Positions 50,697 through 60,390 of a stretch of 64,000 bases of DNA are shown here, in pieces. The DNA lies in the NCBI GenBank assembly GCA_036393515.1, contig DASWGV010000094.1, positions 5,527 through 69,526 of the forward strand, given 5' to 3'. The notes beneath the pieces are model-generated. The model made no database searches, was not told the DNA's origin, and was given only the letters and a program-made list of their open reading frames with translations. How positions within the stretch are numbered: the stretch's first letter is position 1; each line of letters starts with the position of its first letter. Origin of the DNA: Gemmatimonadales bacterium. GTDB lineage: Bacteria > Gemmatimonadota > Gemmatimonadetes > Gemmatimonadales > GWC2-71-9. The translations under genes were made by a program, and so were the position numbers.

Positions 50697-51865
50697 CGTC
50701 GCAACACCCCCGCCAACGACCTCACCTTCCCGATGATCCCCGGCAAATGCTCCACCACGTAATCCACGTCCTCCAGGGTTGTGGTCTTCCAGAATGAGAA
50801 CCGCAGCGCCGCGATCGCCCGGTCAAACGGAACCTTGAGCGCGGTGAGCACGTGGGATGGCTCGACCGAGCCCGTGGAGCATGCCGAGCCCGCCGAACAG
50901 GCGATCCCTGCCAGATCGAGGTGCATCAGCATCGCCTCACTGTCCGTGCCCGGGACCGTCACGTTGCTCACGTGCGGGGCGCGCGGCGCGTCCGCGGCCG
51001 TGACGTCCGCGTCGGGCACGGCCTCGAGCAGGCCCTGCTCGAACCGCTGGCGCAGGGCGCAGGTACGGGTCCGGAAGTCGTCCAGCTCTTGCACTGCCAA
51101 CTCCACTGCGCGGCCCAGCGCGACCGCGCCCGCTACGTTTTCCGTTCCGGGCCGGAGACCACCTTGTTGCCCCCCGCCGTGCACCAGCGGATGCACGGCG
51201 TTGCGATCCCGGATCACGACGGCGCCGATCCCCTTGGGCGCGCCGAGCTTATGGCCGGAGAGCGTGAGCATGGCGCAGCTCACGTCTACGACCGACACGG
51301 GCACCTTCCCCACGGCCTGCACCGCGTCCGTGTGGAAGGGCGTCCGGGCGGCCGCACAACGCTTCGCAATTGCCCTCACGTCCTGGATAACGCCGACCTC
51401 GTTATTCACCCACATGACGCTCACGACCGCGACACCGCGCTCCAGGGCCGCGTCCAGGGCATCCAGGTCCAGCTGGCCCTGGCGGTCCACCGGCAGGGTG
51501 ATCGCCTCACCCCCCAGCGCCTCAACCGCGTGGGCCGCCCCCAGCACCGCCTTGTGCTCCGTGGCGGCCACCGCGACGCGGAACGGCCCACCGGCGGCGC
51601 GCGCGGCCAGGGCGGCCCCCACGATGGCCAGGTTATCGCCCTCAGTGCCGCCCGAGAGCAAATACACCTGGCCCGGCTCGGCGCCCAGCGCCGCGGCGAT
51701 CTTGCGCCGGGCTTCGTGCACCGCCGCCCGTGCCTCCCGGCCGAACCGGTGGGCCGAGCTGGGGTTGCCGAACCCGCTGCCCGAAACGAATGGCTCCATT
51801 GCCGCGAGGACCTCGGGGCGAATGGGCGTGGTGGCGGCGTTGTCGAGGTAGATCGGGGGTCTCAT
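50693..51865 (-). CDS. cysteine desulfurase (NifS/IscS class V aminotransferase)
   Basis: [21 protein letters not shown] (PLP Lys), and the active-site loop SAGSACS. ATGA overlap with mnmA. Confidence 0.9.
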   Translation of the reverse strand: MRPPIYLDNAATTPIRPEVLAAMEPFVSGSGFGNPSSAHRFGREARAAVHEARRKIAAALGAEPGQVYLLSGGTEGDNLAIVGAALAARAAGGPFRVAVAATEHKAVLGAAHAVEALGGEAITLPVDRQGQLDLDALDAALERGVAVVSVMWVNNEVGVIQDVRAIAKRCAAARTPFHTDAVQAVGKVPVSVVDVSCAMLTLSGHKLGAPKGIGAVVIRDRNAVHPLVHGGGQQGGLRPGTENVAGAVALGRAVELAVQELDDFRTRTCALRQRFEQGLLEAVPDADVTAADAPRAPHVSNVTVPGTDSEAMLMHLDLAGIACSAGSACSTGSVEPSHVLTALKVPFDRAIAALRFSFWKTTTLEDVDYVVEHLPGIIGKVRSLAGVLRR

Positions 51866-51933
51866 ACGCGGGGGGAAAACTACCTGCCATCGGGGGGGTG
51901 CGGTACTGCACGGCTCTCGTCGGCCGTGGTCGT

Positions 51934-52674
51934 CTATAGTGATCGAACCCCCATCGCCACGACATCATCCACCCGCACCGTCTCCTGCGTCACAAAGGGC
52001 TCCCCGTACGGGACTCGGATCAGGCTCCCGCAGTGGGCGTTCTGAGTGCGGATCAAGTCATACAAATCCTGCCCGGTGGGGTAGATCTCTCCCGCCGATT
52101 GGGTCCCGTCGAACTGGGAGGGGTAACAGCGGATGGCGCGCAGCTTGGTCTCAAACTCTTCGGAGATGTCCACCACGAACGACGGCTTCACAGGATCTTC
52201 TCGATACGCCAGGGCGTAAAGGACCTTCTCCACGCGGTGAGGCTCTCCGGGCGCGTCGTACTTGACGAGGGTGGCCAGAAAGCAGGCGTCCCGGCCCAGC
52301 TCGGAAGCCACCCGGTGATCCGGATGCCGGCCAACGGGGAAGGGCAGGACCACGGTGCGAGGGCGGAGCATCCGGATGAGCTCGACCACCACGCGGCGGG
52401 TCTGATCCGTGTTGTGCAGATGACCGTCTGGCAGCTCCGCGCGCAGGCGCACAGCCGTCCCCATGACTCGCGCCGCCTCCTGCGACTCCTTGCGCCGGGA
52501 CTCAACGTCGCCTCGGGTCCCCATTTCGCCGTTGGTCAGGTCCACGATGCCGGTGGCGTACCCCTGGCGCGCCATCTTGATCAGGGTTCCGGCGCAGGTT
52601 AGCTCCACGTCGTCGGGGTGGGCGGCGATGGCGAGAATGTCGACCGGCTGCCTCCCCTTTTCTCTCTCACTCAT
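51934..52674 (-). CDS. bshB1: bacillithiol biosynthesis deacetylase BshB1 (PIG-L/LmbE family)
   Basis: DILAIAAHPDDVELTCAGTLIKMARQGYATGIVDLTNGEMGTRG and the HPDH motif. Confidence 0.75.
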   Translation of the reverse strand: MSEREKGRQPVDILAIAAHPDDVELTCAGTLIKMARQGYATGIVDLTNGEMGTRGDVESRRKESQEAARVMGTAVRLRAELPDGHLHNTDQTRRVVVELIRMLRPRTVVLPFPVGRHPDHRVASELGRDACFLATLVKYDAPGEPHRVEKVLYALAYREDPVKPSFVVDISEEFETKLRAIRCYPSQFDGTQSAGEIYPTGQDLYDLIRTQNAHCGSLIRVPYGEPFVTQETVRVDDVVAMGVRSL

Positions 52675-53911
52675 ACCTCAGCGCCTCCACCGGATCTAAC
52701 CTCGCCGCCCGGTTCGCCGGTAACAACCCGAACGCCAGCCCGATGCCCACCGACACGCCGGTGGCCACCACGGCACTCCAGACGGGCACGCCCGATTCGA
52801 ACCCCAAGAGCCCCTTGAGCACCTGCCCCAGGCCCAACCCCAACAAGATGCCGATGGCCCCTCCGATCCCGGTCAGCGTAGCGGCTTCGACCAGGAACTG
52901 CCACAGAACGTCCTGCCGCGTGGCCCCGAGGGCCTTGCGCAGCCCGATCTCCCGAGTGCGGCTGGTGACGGACACCATCATAATGGCCATCACGCCGATG
53001 CCCCCCACCATCAAGGCGACGCTGGAGAGGACGATCATCACCAGAAAGAACGCGCCGGTCAGCCGATCGAAGATGCCCAGAATCTGTTCCGACGTGATCA
53101 TGTCGAACGAGTTGGGATCTTCAGTGCGGAGGCCCCGCATCCGGCGGAGCTGGAGCGTGGCGGCGTCCATCGCCTTCGACAGCGGGACGTCCGGCCTTGG
53201 TTTGGCCAGGATGATCAAGGCATTGGTCTCGTCGTAGCGGAACGAGCGGCGCGCGGTCTCAAAGGGCGCCACCACCGCGATCTCGGGCGTGCCGGGCGCC
53301 TCAAAGATGTTCTCCGGTTTGGCGTAGAGGCCGACGACCCGGAGCGGCCGTCCGCCCACTCGCACGGTCTGGCCGATTGGGTTCAGCCCGCCCAGCACGC
53401 GCTCGGCGGCGCGACGTTCCAGCACAGCTACCGGCGCGCCGGATCGGGCCTCGGCGGTGGTGAACAGGCGGCCGGTGACCAGCTCCCCACCCAGGATCTC
53501 CATGAAACGCTCGTCCGCCCCGAACACGCTGACCAGTTGGGTCCGCACCGGACCATGCTCGACCCGCTCGAACACCTGTACCCAGATGGCCGAGTATTGG
53601 ATCTCAGGCAGTCTGGCGATGGCCTCCGCCTCCACCGCCCGCAGTACGGGACGAATGCGCACCTCGCGCGGCAGCTGATCCGGGTTGAGCGGCGTCTGGG
53701 AGAAGAACCGGAGGATGCGAAACGTCGTGGGGCCCACGACTTCGAGCGTCGTCACGATTTGCTGGCGGATGCCCTGCACGATAGACGCCATCGCCATCAC
53801 CGTCGCCACCCCGATCACCACGCCGAGGATGGTCAGCAACGACCGCAGCTTGTTGTCACGGATGGTCCAGAGCGCGATGGAGGCGCCTTCGGTGAGCGCG
53901 TCGAGCCGCAC
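52667..53911 (-). CDS. MacB-type ABC permease (FtsX domain), type B'
   Basis: 414 aa: N-terminal TM, large periplasmic domain, and the C-terminal FtsX 3-TM bundle with TREIGLRKALGA. Most similar to the permease at 55943..57178. Confidence 0.85.
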   Translation of the reverse strand: MRLDALTEGASIALWTIRDNKLRSLLTILGVVIGVATVMAMASIVQGIRQQIVTTLEVVGPTTFRILRFFSQTPLNPDQLPREVRIRPVLRAVEAEAIARLPEIQYSAIWVQVFERVEHGPVRTQLVSVFGADERFMEILGGELVTGRLFTTAEARSGAPVAVLERRAAERVLGGLNPIGQTVRVGGRPLRVVGLYAKPENIFEAPGTPEIAVVAPFETARRSFRYDETNALIILAKPRPDVPLSKAMDAATLQLRRMRGLRTEDPNSFDMITSEQILGIFDRLTGAFFLVMIVLSSVALMVGGIGVMAIMMVSVTSRTREIGLRKALGATRQDVLWQFLVEAATLTGIGGAIGILLGLGLGQVLKGLLGFESGVPVWSAVVATGVSVGIGLAFGLLPANRAARLDPVEALRYE

Positions 53912-53914
53912 CGC

Positions 53915-55159
53915 TTACTCCTGTCGCAGCGCCGCGATGGGGTCCAGCCGTGCCGCCCGGGCGGCAGGGTACACGCCGAACAGAATTCCCACCCCGGCGC
54001 CGAGGCCGAGGGCGACGGCCGCCGCCCACCAGGTCACGCGGGCGGGCAGCGGCGAGGCCACGTCCACCAGGAACGCCACGATCCACCCACCCGCGAGTCC
54101 CAGCACCCCGCCGAGCACCGCGAGCGTCACGGACTCCGCCAGGAACTGCCGCCGGATGTCGCGCCGGCGGGCCCCCAGCGACTTCCGGAGCCCGATCTCG
54201 CGAGTGCGCTCGTGCACGCTCATCAGCATGATGTTCATGATCACGATGCCGCCCACCACGACGCCGATGGCCACAACCACCGGCACCACGGTGAACAGCA
54301 CGCGGGTGAGGCTCTGCCAGAAGGACACCAGCCCTTCGGCGGTGTCCACCGAGAAATCGTTGGGCTGCCCCGGCCGCAGCCGGTGGGCGATCCGCATCGC
54401 TTCCTCGGCTCGGGCCATGCCATCGGCCACCTGGGCCGCTTCGGCCATCTTGACCGAGATCACGGTGGTGCGGCGCCGCCCATACATGGTCTCGAACGCG
54501 GTGAAGGGCAACATCACGAAGCCATCCATGGATTGTCCCAGGACATTGCCTTTCCTGGCGACCACGCCCTTCACCACCAGCTGATCGTTCCGGACGCGCA
54601 CTTTCTGTCCCACGGCTAGCGCGACGTCGTCGAACAGCTTGTCGGCGACGTCAAATCCCAGGACCGTCACGCGGCGGCGCTCCCGCACGTCCAGGTCGGT
54701 GAGGGGCTCGCCCGCCGCCAGCGCGTAGTCCTGCACGATCATGAACGAGGCGGTGACTCCCAGGATCTGGGCGTCGCCCACCGTGCGGTTGCGCCAACTC
54801 ACGTCGGCCACCGGCGTCGGCCAGCCGGATTGGAGGGCGATCGCCTCGGCTTCCGGAAGCGCGCGCGCGACATGCGGGACGTCTTCCGGGGCGATGATCG
54901 GACGGCGTTGGAGCTTGTTCCACTCCTCATCGTCAAAGAACCCGACCGTGATGGGCGTGCGGCGAATCTGGAAAGCATTGCGCCCCACGATCGCGCCGGT
55001 CAGGTTCTCGCGCACGTACGCGTTCATCCCCTGGATGATCGCCACCACGGCCACCAGGAACGCGACGGATACGATGATTCCGAGCAGCGTGAAGAAGGAT
55101 CGCAGCTTATGAGCGGCAATCACCTGGAGCGCGAGCCGTAGTCCTTCGGCGAAAGACAT
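53915..55159 (-). CDS. MacB-type ABC permease (FtsX domain), type A'
   Basis: 414 aa, TREIGLRKSLGA. The N-terminus MSFAEGLRLALQV... is paralogous to the permease at 57182..58420. Confidence 0.85.
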   Translation of the reverse strand: MSFAEGLRLALQVIAAHKLRSFFTLLGIIVSVAFLVAVVAIIQGMNAYVRENLTGAIVGRNAFQIRRTPITVGFFDDEEWNKLQRRPIIAPEDVPHVARALPEAEAIALQSGWPTPVADVSWRNRTVGDAQILGVTASFMIVQDYALAAGEPLTDLDVRERRRVTVLGFDVADKLFDDVALAVGQKVRVRNDQLVVKGVVARKGNVLGQSMDGFVMLPFTAFETMYGRRRTTVISVKMAEAAQVADGMARAEEAMRIAHRLRPGQPNDFSVDTAEGLVSFWQSLTRVLFTVVPVVVAIGVVVGGIVIMNIMLMSVHERTREIGLRKSLGARRRDIRRQFLAESVTLAVLGGVLGLAGGWIVAFLVDVASPLPARVTWWAAAVALGLGAGVGILFGVYPAARAARLDPIAALRQE

Positions 55160-55186
55160 GCGTCAGAAAGTAGCTGGTGCGGAACA

Positions 55187-55921
55187 ATGGGGCGCAGGTG
55201 GGGCATTTGCATCGCCGCGGCCTTAGAGAGGGGGGTGGCAGGTAGGCCGTCGCGCCGCGAATGTTCGCGGGTGCCAACGCCGGAGAATCCCCTTGCGCTC
55301 GCCGACTGGCGTCTCCGCGTGGCAAACTTGTACTCCGAGGTACGCCGTGCGCCGCCGGGCCGCGAGCCGGACGCCTGTGGCGCGTTTCGCCGAGACCGGA
55401 ACCACCTGTTCGCGAACCATGCGGAGACGCCGCTGGAGCCGACGGCCCGAGTGGCTTTCCGAGGGCTTTCGTACTACCCCTATGATCTCCGGTGGCGCGT
55501 GCGTGGAACGGTGGACCGGACGGTGGCCCCCCTGAGCCATGCGGTCACGCTCTCCGGCGATGGGCCCGTGGAGTTCACCCGCGTAGCGCTGGTGCGCTTT
55601 CGCTGTCCCCCCGGCGACGCGGCGCTGAGTCTCTACTGGCTCGAGGGGTACGGGGGCGGGTTGTTTCTGCCCTTCCGCGACGCGACCTGCGGCCGCATCA
55701 CCTACCCCAGCGGCCGGTATCTGATCGACACGGTCAAGGGGGCAAACCTGGGCCTGGCGGGCGACGAGATCGTCCTCGACTTCAACTACGCTTACAACCC
55801 GTCCTGCGCGTACAACGATCGGTGGGCGTGCCCCCTGGCTCCGCGAGAGAACTGGTTGGCGTTCGAGGTGCCGGTGGGCGAGCAAAACCATGAAAGACAA
55901 GGAGGCCAACCCGGCGCGTGA
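55187..55921 (+). CDS. DUF1684 domain protein
   Basis: ADWRLRVANLYS...LSYYPYDLRWRV...ITYPSGRYL...LDFNYAYNPSCAYNDRWACPL is the DUF1684 pattern. The start is uncertain (ATG 55187 or GTG 55271). Confidence 0.7.
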   Translation: MGRRWGICIAAALERGVAGRPSRRECSRVPTPENPLALADWRLRVANLYSEVRRAPPGREPDACGAFRRDRNHLFANHAETPLEPTARVAFRGLSYYPYDLRWRVRGTVDRTVAPLSHAVTLSGDGPVEFTRVALVRFRCPPGDAALSLYWLEGYGGGLFLPFRDATCGRITYPSGRYLIDTVKGANLGLAGDEIVLDFNYAYNPSCAYNDRWACPLAPRENWLAFEVPVGEQNHERQGGQPGA

Positions 55922-55942
55922 CCGATCCCCCCTCCCCCGCCC

Positions 55943-57178
55943 CTACTCGTACCTGAGCGCTTCCACGGGATCCAGTTTCGCCGCCTTGGCGGCGGGATAC
56001 ATCCCGAATCCAACGCCCGTCAAGACGGACGCCAGGATCGCCGCCACCACCGACCAGAGGGGCACCACGGCCGGAATCGGCGTGACTTTGCTCACCACGA
56101 AGGCGATCAAGCCACCCAGCACCATCCCGGCGACGCCCCCCACCAGGGTCAGGGTCGCGGCCTCTACCAGGAACTGCCACAGGATCTCCCGGCGCCGGGC
56201 GCCCAACGCCTTGCGCACCCCGATCTCTCGCGTCCGTTCGGTGACCGAGATCATCATGATGGCGACCACACCGACGCCCCCTACCATCAACCCCACGCTC
56301 GACAGGGCGATCATCACCAAAAAGAATACGCCGGTGATCCGATCCCAGGTCTCTAACATCTTGTCCTGCGTCACCAGGGCGAACGTGTTGTCCTGGCCCG
56401 GCCGGAGCCCGCGGATGCCGCGGAGGGTGGCCGTCACGTCGTCCATGGCCTGGTCCAGCGTCGCGGACTCGGTGGGCACGGCGAAAAACTGGAGCCAGCC
56501 GCGCCAGTGCGGCACGTACTTGTCGAAGGTGGAATGGGGGATCGCGAGGCGGGGCCGGTTGCCCTCGCCAAACAGGTCGGGCGGGGGGGTGTAGACCCCG
56601 ATCACCTCATACGGCATGCCCCCCACCTTGATGCGCCGGCCAATGGGGTCCAGCGTGCCGAACAGCTCCGAAGCGAGCTTGGCGTTCGGCACGGCCACCG
56701 CGGCCCTGGCCTCGTATTCGAGCTGGGTGAACGAGCGGCCAGGATACACATCGCCGCCGGACACGCGCAGCCAGTTGGTGCCCAGCCCGCGCACGTTGAC
56801 GGATGCCAGCTCCCGCGAGCCGTACGAGACTGGTGTGCCCGCGTCCTCGCTCACCGCAACCACGGAGAGGGACGGCAGCCCCGCCAGCCGGTCCCCTTCG
56901 TCCACCGTAAGGGGAGGATTGCGGCGCCAGGGGCTCATCTCGTCCGACCCGTCCGACACGACAATTCCCCCCTGGAAGAACCGTGCGATCATGAAGGTGC
57001 GCGGGCCGGACTGCTGGAAGATGTCGGCGACGCCCTGATTGATCCCGCTGATCATGGCGGCAATGACCATCACCACCATCACACCGATCGCGATGCCCAA
57101 GATGGTGAGCGTGGCCCGCAGCTTGTTGCTGCGGAGCGACTGGAGCGCGATGCCGACGCCTTCGAACAGGGCGAGCAT
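55943..57178 (-). CDS. MacB-type ABC permease (FtsX domain), type B
   Basis: 411 aa, TREIGVRKALGA. N-terminus ...IALQSLRSNKLRATLTILGIAIGV. Confidence 0.85.
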   Translation of the reverse strand: MLALFEGVGIALQSLRSNKLRATLTILGIAIGVMVVMVIAAMISGINQGVADIFQQSGPRTFMIARFFQGGIVVSDGSDEMSPWRRNPPLTVDEGDRLAGLPSLSVVAVSEDAGTPVSYGSRELASVNVRGLGTNWLRVSGGDVYPGRSFTQLEYEARAAVAVPNAKLASELFGTLDPIGRRIKVGGMPYEVIGVYTPPPDLFGEGNRPRLAIPHSTFDKYVPHWRGWLQFFAVPTESATLDQAMDDVTATLRGIRGLRPGQDNTFALVTQDKMLETWDRITGVFFLVMIALSSVGLMVGGVGVVAIMMISVTERTREIGVRKALGARRREILWQFLVEAATLTLVGGVAGMVLGGLIAFVVSKVTPIPAVVPLWSVVAAILASVLTGVGFGMYPAAKAAKLDPVEALRYE

Positions 57179-57181
57179 GGG

Positions 57182-58420
57182 CTATTCGTGCCGCATGGCG
57201 TCCACCGGGTCCAGGCGCGAGGCGCGGCTGGCGGGGTAGAGTCCCGCCGCGATGCCCACGCCTCCCCCGAGCAGGACCCCGACCAGCACGGACCAGGGCG
57301 CTACCGTGGCGGGCAGCGGCGTGCTGGAGGCGACCACCTCGGCCAGGAGGATGCCGGTGCCGATGCCGATCAGCGCTCCCACCACGGCCAGTGTGGCGGA
57401 CTCCACCAGGAATTGCCGCATGATGTCGCGCCGGCGCGCGCCCAACGCCTTGCGGATGCCGATCTCCCGGGTCCGCTCCGCTACCGCCATCAGCATGATA
57501 TTCATGATGACGATCCCGCCCACCACCAGCGAGATGGACACGAGCCCGGGGAGCGCGGCGAGCAAGATGGTGTTGATCTTGCCCCAGACGTCGAGGATCC
57601 CCTCGGAGGTCTCCAGGGCGAAGTTGCTGTCCTCGGATGGCCTGAGCCCGCGCCGGCTCCGCATCACCGCCTCGGTCTGTTCCATCGCGAGGCGCATCTC
57701 GTTCACGGAAGTGGCCCGGACCATCACGGCATCTACCAGGCCCGGGGGATTGGTGAAGCGCTTGACGGGCGAGGTGTAGGGGGCCACCGCGAACTTGTCG
57801 AGCGAAATGCCAAACAGGTTGCCTTGCGGCTCGACCACGCCGACCACCCGGTAGGGCGTCTCCCGGATGCGCAGCTCCCGGCCGATCGGGTCCAGGTCGT
57901 CGAACATCCGGGCCGCCAGCTCGTGGCCGATCACGACGACCGGCGCGCCGGCGCGCACCTCCTGCGCCGTGAAGGAACGCCCGCGTTCGAGCCCGTAGTT
58001 CTTGATCTCGAAGTACTTTTCGCTGGCTCCGGTAATCTCGATCTGGGTAGCGATCCTCCCCCTGAACTGCACCGTGGCCGAAGCGGTGGATTGCCACGCG
58101 ATGGTCACCGGCAAGGTCACCCGGTCGGCCACCACCTGCGCGTCCGTCTCCGTGATCCGAGGGCGGCGGCGCCAGACCCGCCGGGTTTCCGGGGGCACGT
58201 CATCGGTGAACGCCGGGAAACGCCGCAGATGGAACGTGTTGACGCCGAAGAACGTGCCCGCGAACCGGTCCGTCATGTACCGGTTCATGCCTTCCACGAT
58301 GGACACCACGGCAATGAGGAACGTGACGCCGATGAACACGCCCACCAGCGAAAAGCCGCTCTTCATTTTCTGCGACCAGAGCACCCGCAGCGCCAGCCGG
58401 ATTGCCTCGGCGAAGGGCAT
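57182..58420 (-). CDS. MacB-type ABC permease (FtsX domain), type A
   Basis: 412 aa, TREIGIRKALGA. N-terminus MPFAEAIRLALRVLWSQKMKSGFSLVGV. Confidence 0.85.
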   Translation of the reverse strand: MPFAEAIRLALRVLWSQKMKSGFSLVGVFIGVTFLIAVVSIVEGMNRYMTDRFAGTFFGVNTFHLRRFPAFTDDVPPETRRVWRRRPRITETDAQVVADRVTLPVTIAWQSTASATVQFRGRIATQIEITGASEKYFEIKNYGLERGRSFTAQEVRAGAPVVVIGHELAARMFDDLDPIGRELRIRETPYRVVGVVEPQGNLFGISLDKFAVAPYTSPVKRFTNPPGLVDAVMVRATSVNEMRLAMEQTEAVMRSRRGLRPSEDSNFALETSEGILDVWGKINTILLAALPGLVSISLVVGGIVIMNIMLMAVAERTREIGIRKALGARRRDIMRQFLVESATLAVVGALIGIGTGILLAEVVASSTPLPATVAPWSVLVGVLLGGGVGIAAGLYPASRASRLDPVDAMRHE

Positions 58421-58423
58421 GGG

Positions 58424-59122
58424 TCAGGCGGCGGCGCGAAACTCGTCGGAATGCACGGTGCCGTCCCGCAGCGTCACGATCCGCCGGGCGTGCGCCGCGA
58501 TGTCCGCTTCGTGGGTCACCACGATGATGGTCTGACCCTGGTCGCGGAGATGCTCGAATACCGCCATGATCTCGGCGCTCGTGGTGGAGTCCAGGTTGCC
58601 GGTGGGCTCATCCGCCAGCAGGATGCTGGGCTCGTTCACCAGGGCCCGCGCGATGGCCACGCGCTGGCGTTGCCCGCCTGAGAGCTCGTTGGGCCGGTGT
58701 CCCATGCGGTCCTGCAGGCCAACGCGCGCGAGGGCGTGCGACGCGCGGCGCCGCCGCTCGGAGGCGTTCACGCCCGCGTAGACCAGTGGCAACTCCACGT
58801 TGTGGAGGGCAGTGGCGCGGGGCAGAAGGTTGAAGGTCTGGAACACAAAGCCGATTTCCCGGTTGCGAACCCGCGCCAGCTCGTCGTCGCTCATGCGGGA
58901 GACCTCAATGCCATTCAGCCAATATTCGCCGGCCGTTGGCGTGTCCAGGCACCCCAGCACGTTCATCAGCGTGGACTTGCCGGACCCTGACGGCCCCATG
59001 ATCGCCACGTACTCGTTGCGCTGAATGGTGAGGTCCACACTGCGCAGCGCGCGGATGGTCTCACTGTCCAGCCGATAGTCCCGGGTGAGTCCCCGGACCT
59101 GGATGATGGTGGCCTGAGTCAT
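58424..59122 (-). CDS. ABC transporter ATP-binding protein (MacB/LolD-type)
   Basis: [35 protein letters not shown]. Confidence 0.9.
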   Translation of the reverse strand: MTQATIIQVRGLTRDYRLDSETIRALRSVDLTIQRNEYVAIMGPSGSGKSTLMNVLGCLDTPTAGEYWLNGIEVSRMSDDELARVRNREIGFVFQTFNLLPRATALHNVELPLVYAGVNASERRRRASHALARVGLQDRMGHRPNELSGGQRQRVAIARALVNEPSILLADEPTGNLDSTTSAEIMAVFEHLRDQGQTIIVVTHEADIAAHARRIVTLRDGTVHSDEFRAAA

Positions 59123-60375
59123 GGGCGGCGTTGCTCCGTGGTGGGGGTCCGCTGCGCGCGGACCCGCGTGCTGTCCTTGAGATCGCGAATGGTCTGATAG
59201 GGACCGGCCACGATGGTATCGCCGGCCCTCAACCCCTCGAGGACCTCGAAGTACTCCTCGCCCGCGATCCCTACGCTGATTGGACGGAACTGGGCCCGCC
59301 CTCGTTCGGTGATGAATACACCTTCCGTTTCCTTTTTCTTCGTGGTGTCCTGCGGCATGGTCTCCGTCGAGATGGGTTTGTGCTCGCGCACGGTGAGGGC
59401 GATGATCGGAATGCTCAACACGCTGTCCCGTGTTGCGGTGACCATCTTGGACGTCGCGGACAGGTCGGGTCGAATGTCGGGCGGCGGATTGTCCAGCGTG
59501 ACCTCGACGTCATAATCCACGGCGCGGTCCCCGGTGGCCGACGCGGCGGCGCTGGCCGCGAGGATGGCGCTGTGGGCGATCTTGGTCACCCGGCCCGAAA
59601 ACGTGGTGTCCGGAAAGGCGTCAATGGTGATCTCCGCCGAGTCACCCAGGTGCAAGCGCACCACATCAGTCTCGTCCACCTGCACCTTCACCAGAATCAC
59701 GGACAAGTCGCTGACGGTGAGCAGCAAGCCGGTCTCGCGCGAGAACGTGCCGGGCACCGCGACCTCGCCTTCTTCCACGGCCACCCGGGTCACTTGTCCG
59801 TCGAGGGGCGAGCGGAGCACGGTCTTGGCGAGCTGGTCATTGGCCTCGCGTAGCCCGGCGCGCGCCTGTTCCACCTGGTGCGCGGCTGATGTGGCCAGCG
59901 CCTCGGCGACCTCGAAGGAGGTTTGCGCCTGCTCCAACTGCTCGTCGGACACCAGGTTCGGATCGGTGCGGCGAAGCGCCTGCGAACGGTCCAGGGCCCG
60001 CCTGGCCTGATCCCGGTTGGCGCGTGCCTGGAGTGCGGACGCCTCCGACGAGGACAGGAGCGCCTGCGACCGCGCCACCGCCGCCTCGTACTGGGACGGG
60101 TCGATCCGGACCAGAAGATCCCCCTTCCGCACCCGCTCGCCCTCCTGCACCGGTAGGCTCACGATCCGGCCCGTGATATCCGCGCTGATGTCCACCGCGC
60201 TCTTGGGGGTGATCCGGCCACTGGCGGTCACCGTGGAAACGAGCGACCGGTGGGCGACGGCCTCGAGCCGTACTTCCGTTCCCCGGTCGCCCCGGGCCGC
60301 CGTTCCCACCACCACGGCACCGACCAGCACCGCGAGCACGCCACTGGTGAGCAGAACCTTGTTGCGTCGAGACAT
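59119..60375 (-). CDS. efflux periplasmic adaptor (MFP, HlyD/MacA-like)
   Basis: N-terminal anchor, a coiled-coil hairpin region ([21 protein letters not shown]...) and beta-barrel domains. 4-nt overlap with the ATPase gene. Confidence 0.85.
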   Translation of the reverse strand: MSRRNKVLLTSGVLAVLVGAVVVGTAARGDRGTEVRLEAVAHRSLVSTVTASGRITPKSAVDISADITGRIVSLPVQEGERVRKGDLLVRIDPSQYEAAVARSQALLSSSEASALQARANRDQARRALDRSQALRRTDPNLVSDEQLEQAQTSFEVAEALATSAAHQVEQARAGLREANDQLAKTVLRSPLDGQVTRVAVEEGEVAVPGTFSRETGLLLTVSDLSVILVKVQVDETDVVRLHLGDSAEITIDAFPDTTFSGRVTKIAHSAILAASAAASATGDRAVDYDVEVTLDNPPPDIRPDLSATSKMVTATRDSVLSIPIIALTVREHKPISTETMPQDTTKKKETEGVFITERGRAQFRPISVGIAGEEYFEVLEGLRAGDTIVAGPYQTIRDLKDSTRVRAQRTPTTEQRRP

Positions 60376-60390
60376 GTCAGGTGAGTTCTC

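Noticed and set aside
56507-58681. 724-aa plus-strand ORF spanning two permease genes and the ATPase gene in antisense
   Set aside because: It crosses three well-supported minus-strand genes. Its composition is dominated by His, Arg, Gly, Asp and Pro, and it has no domain signature.
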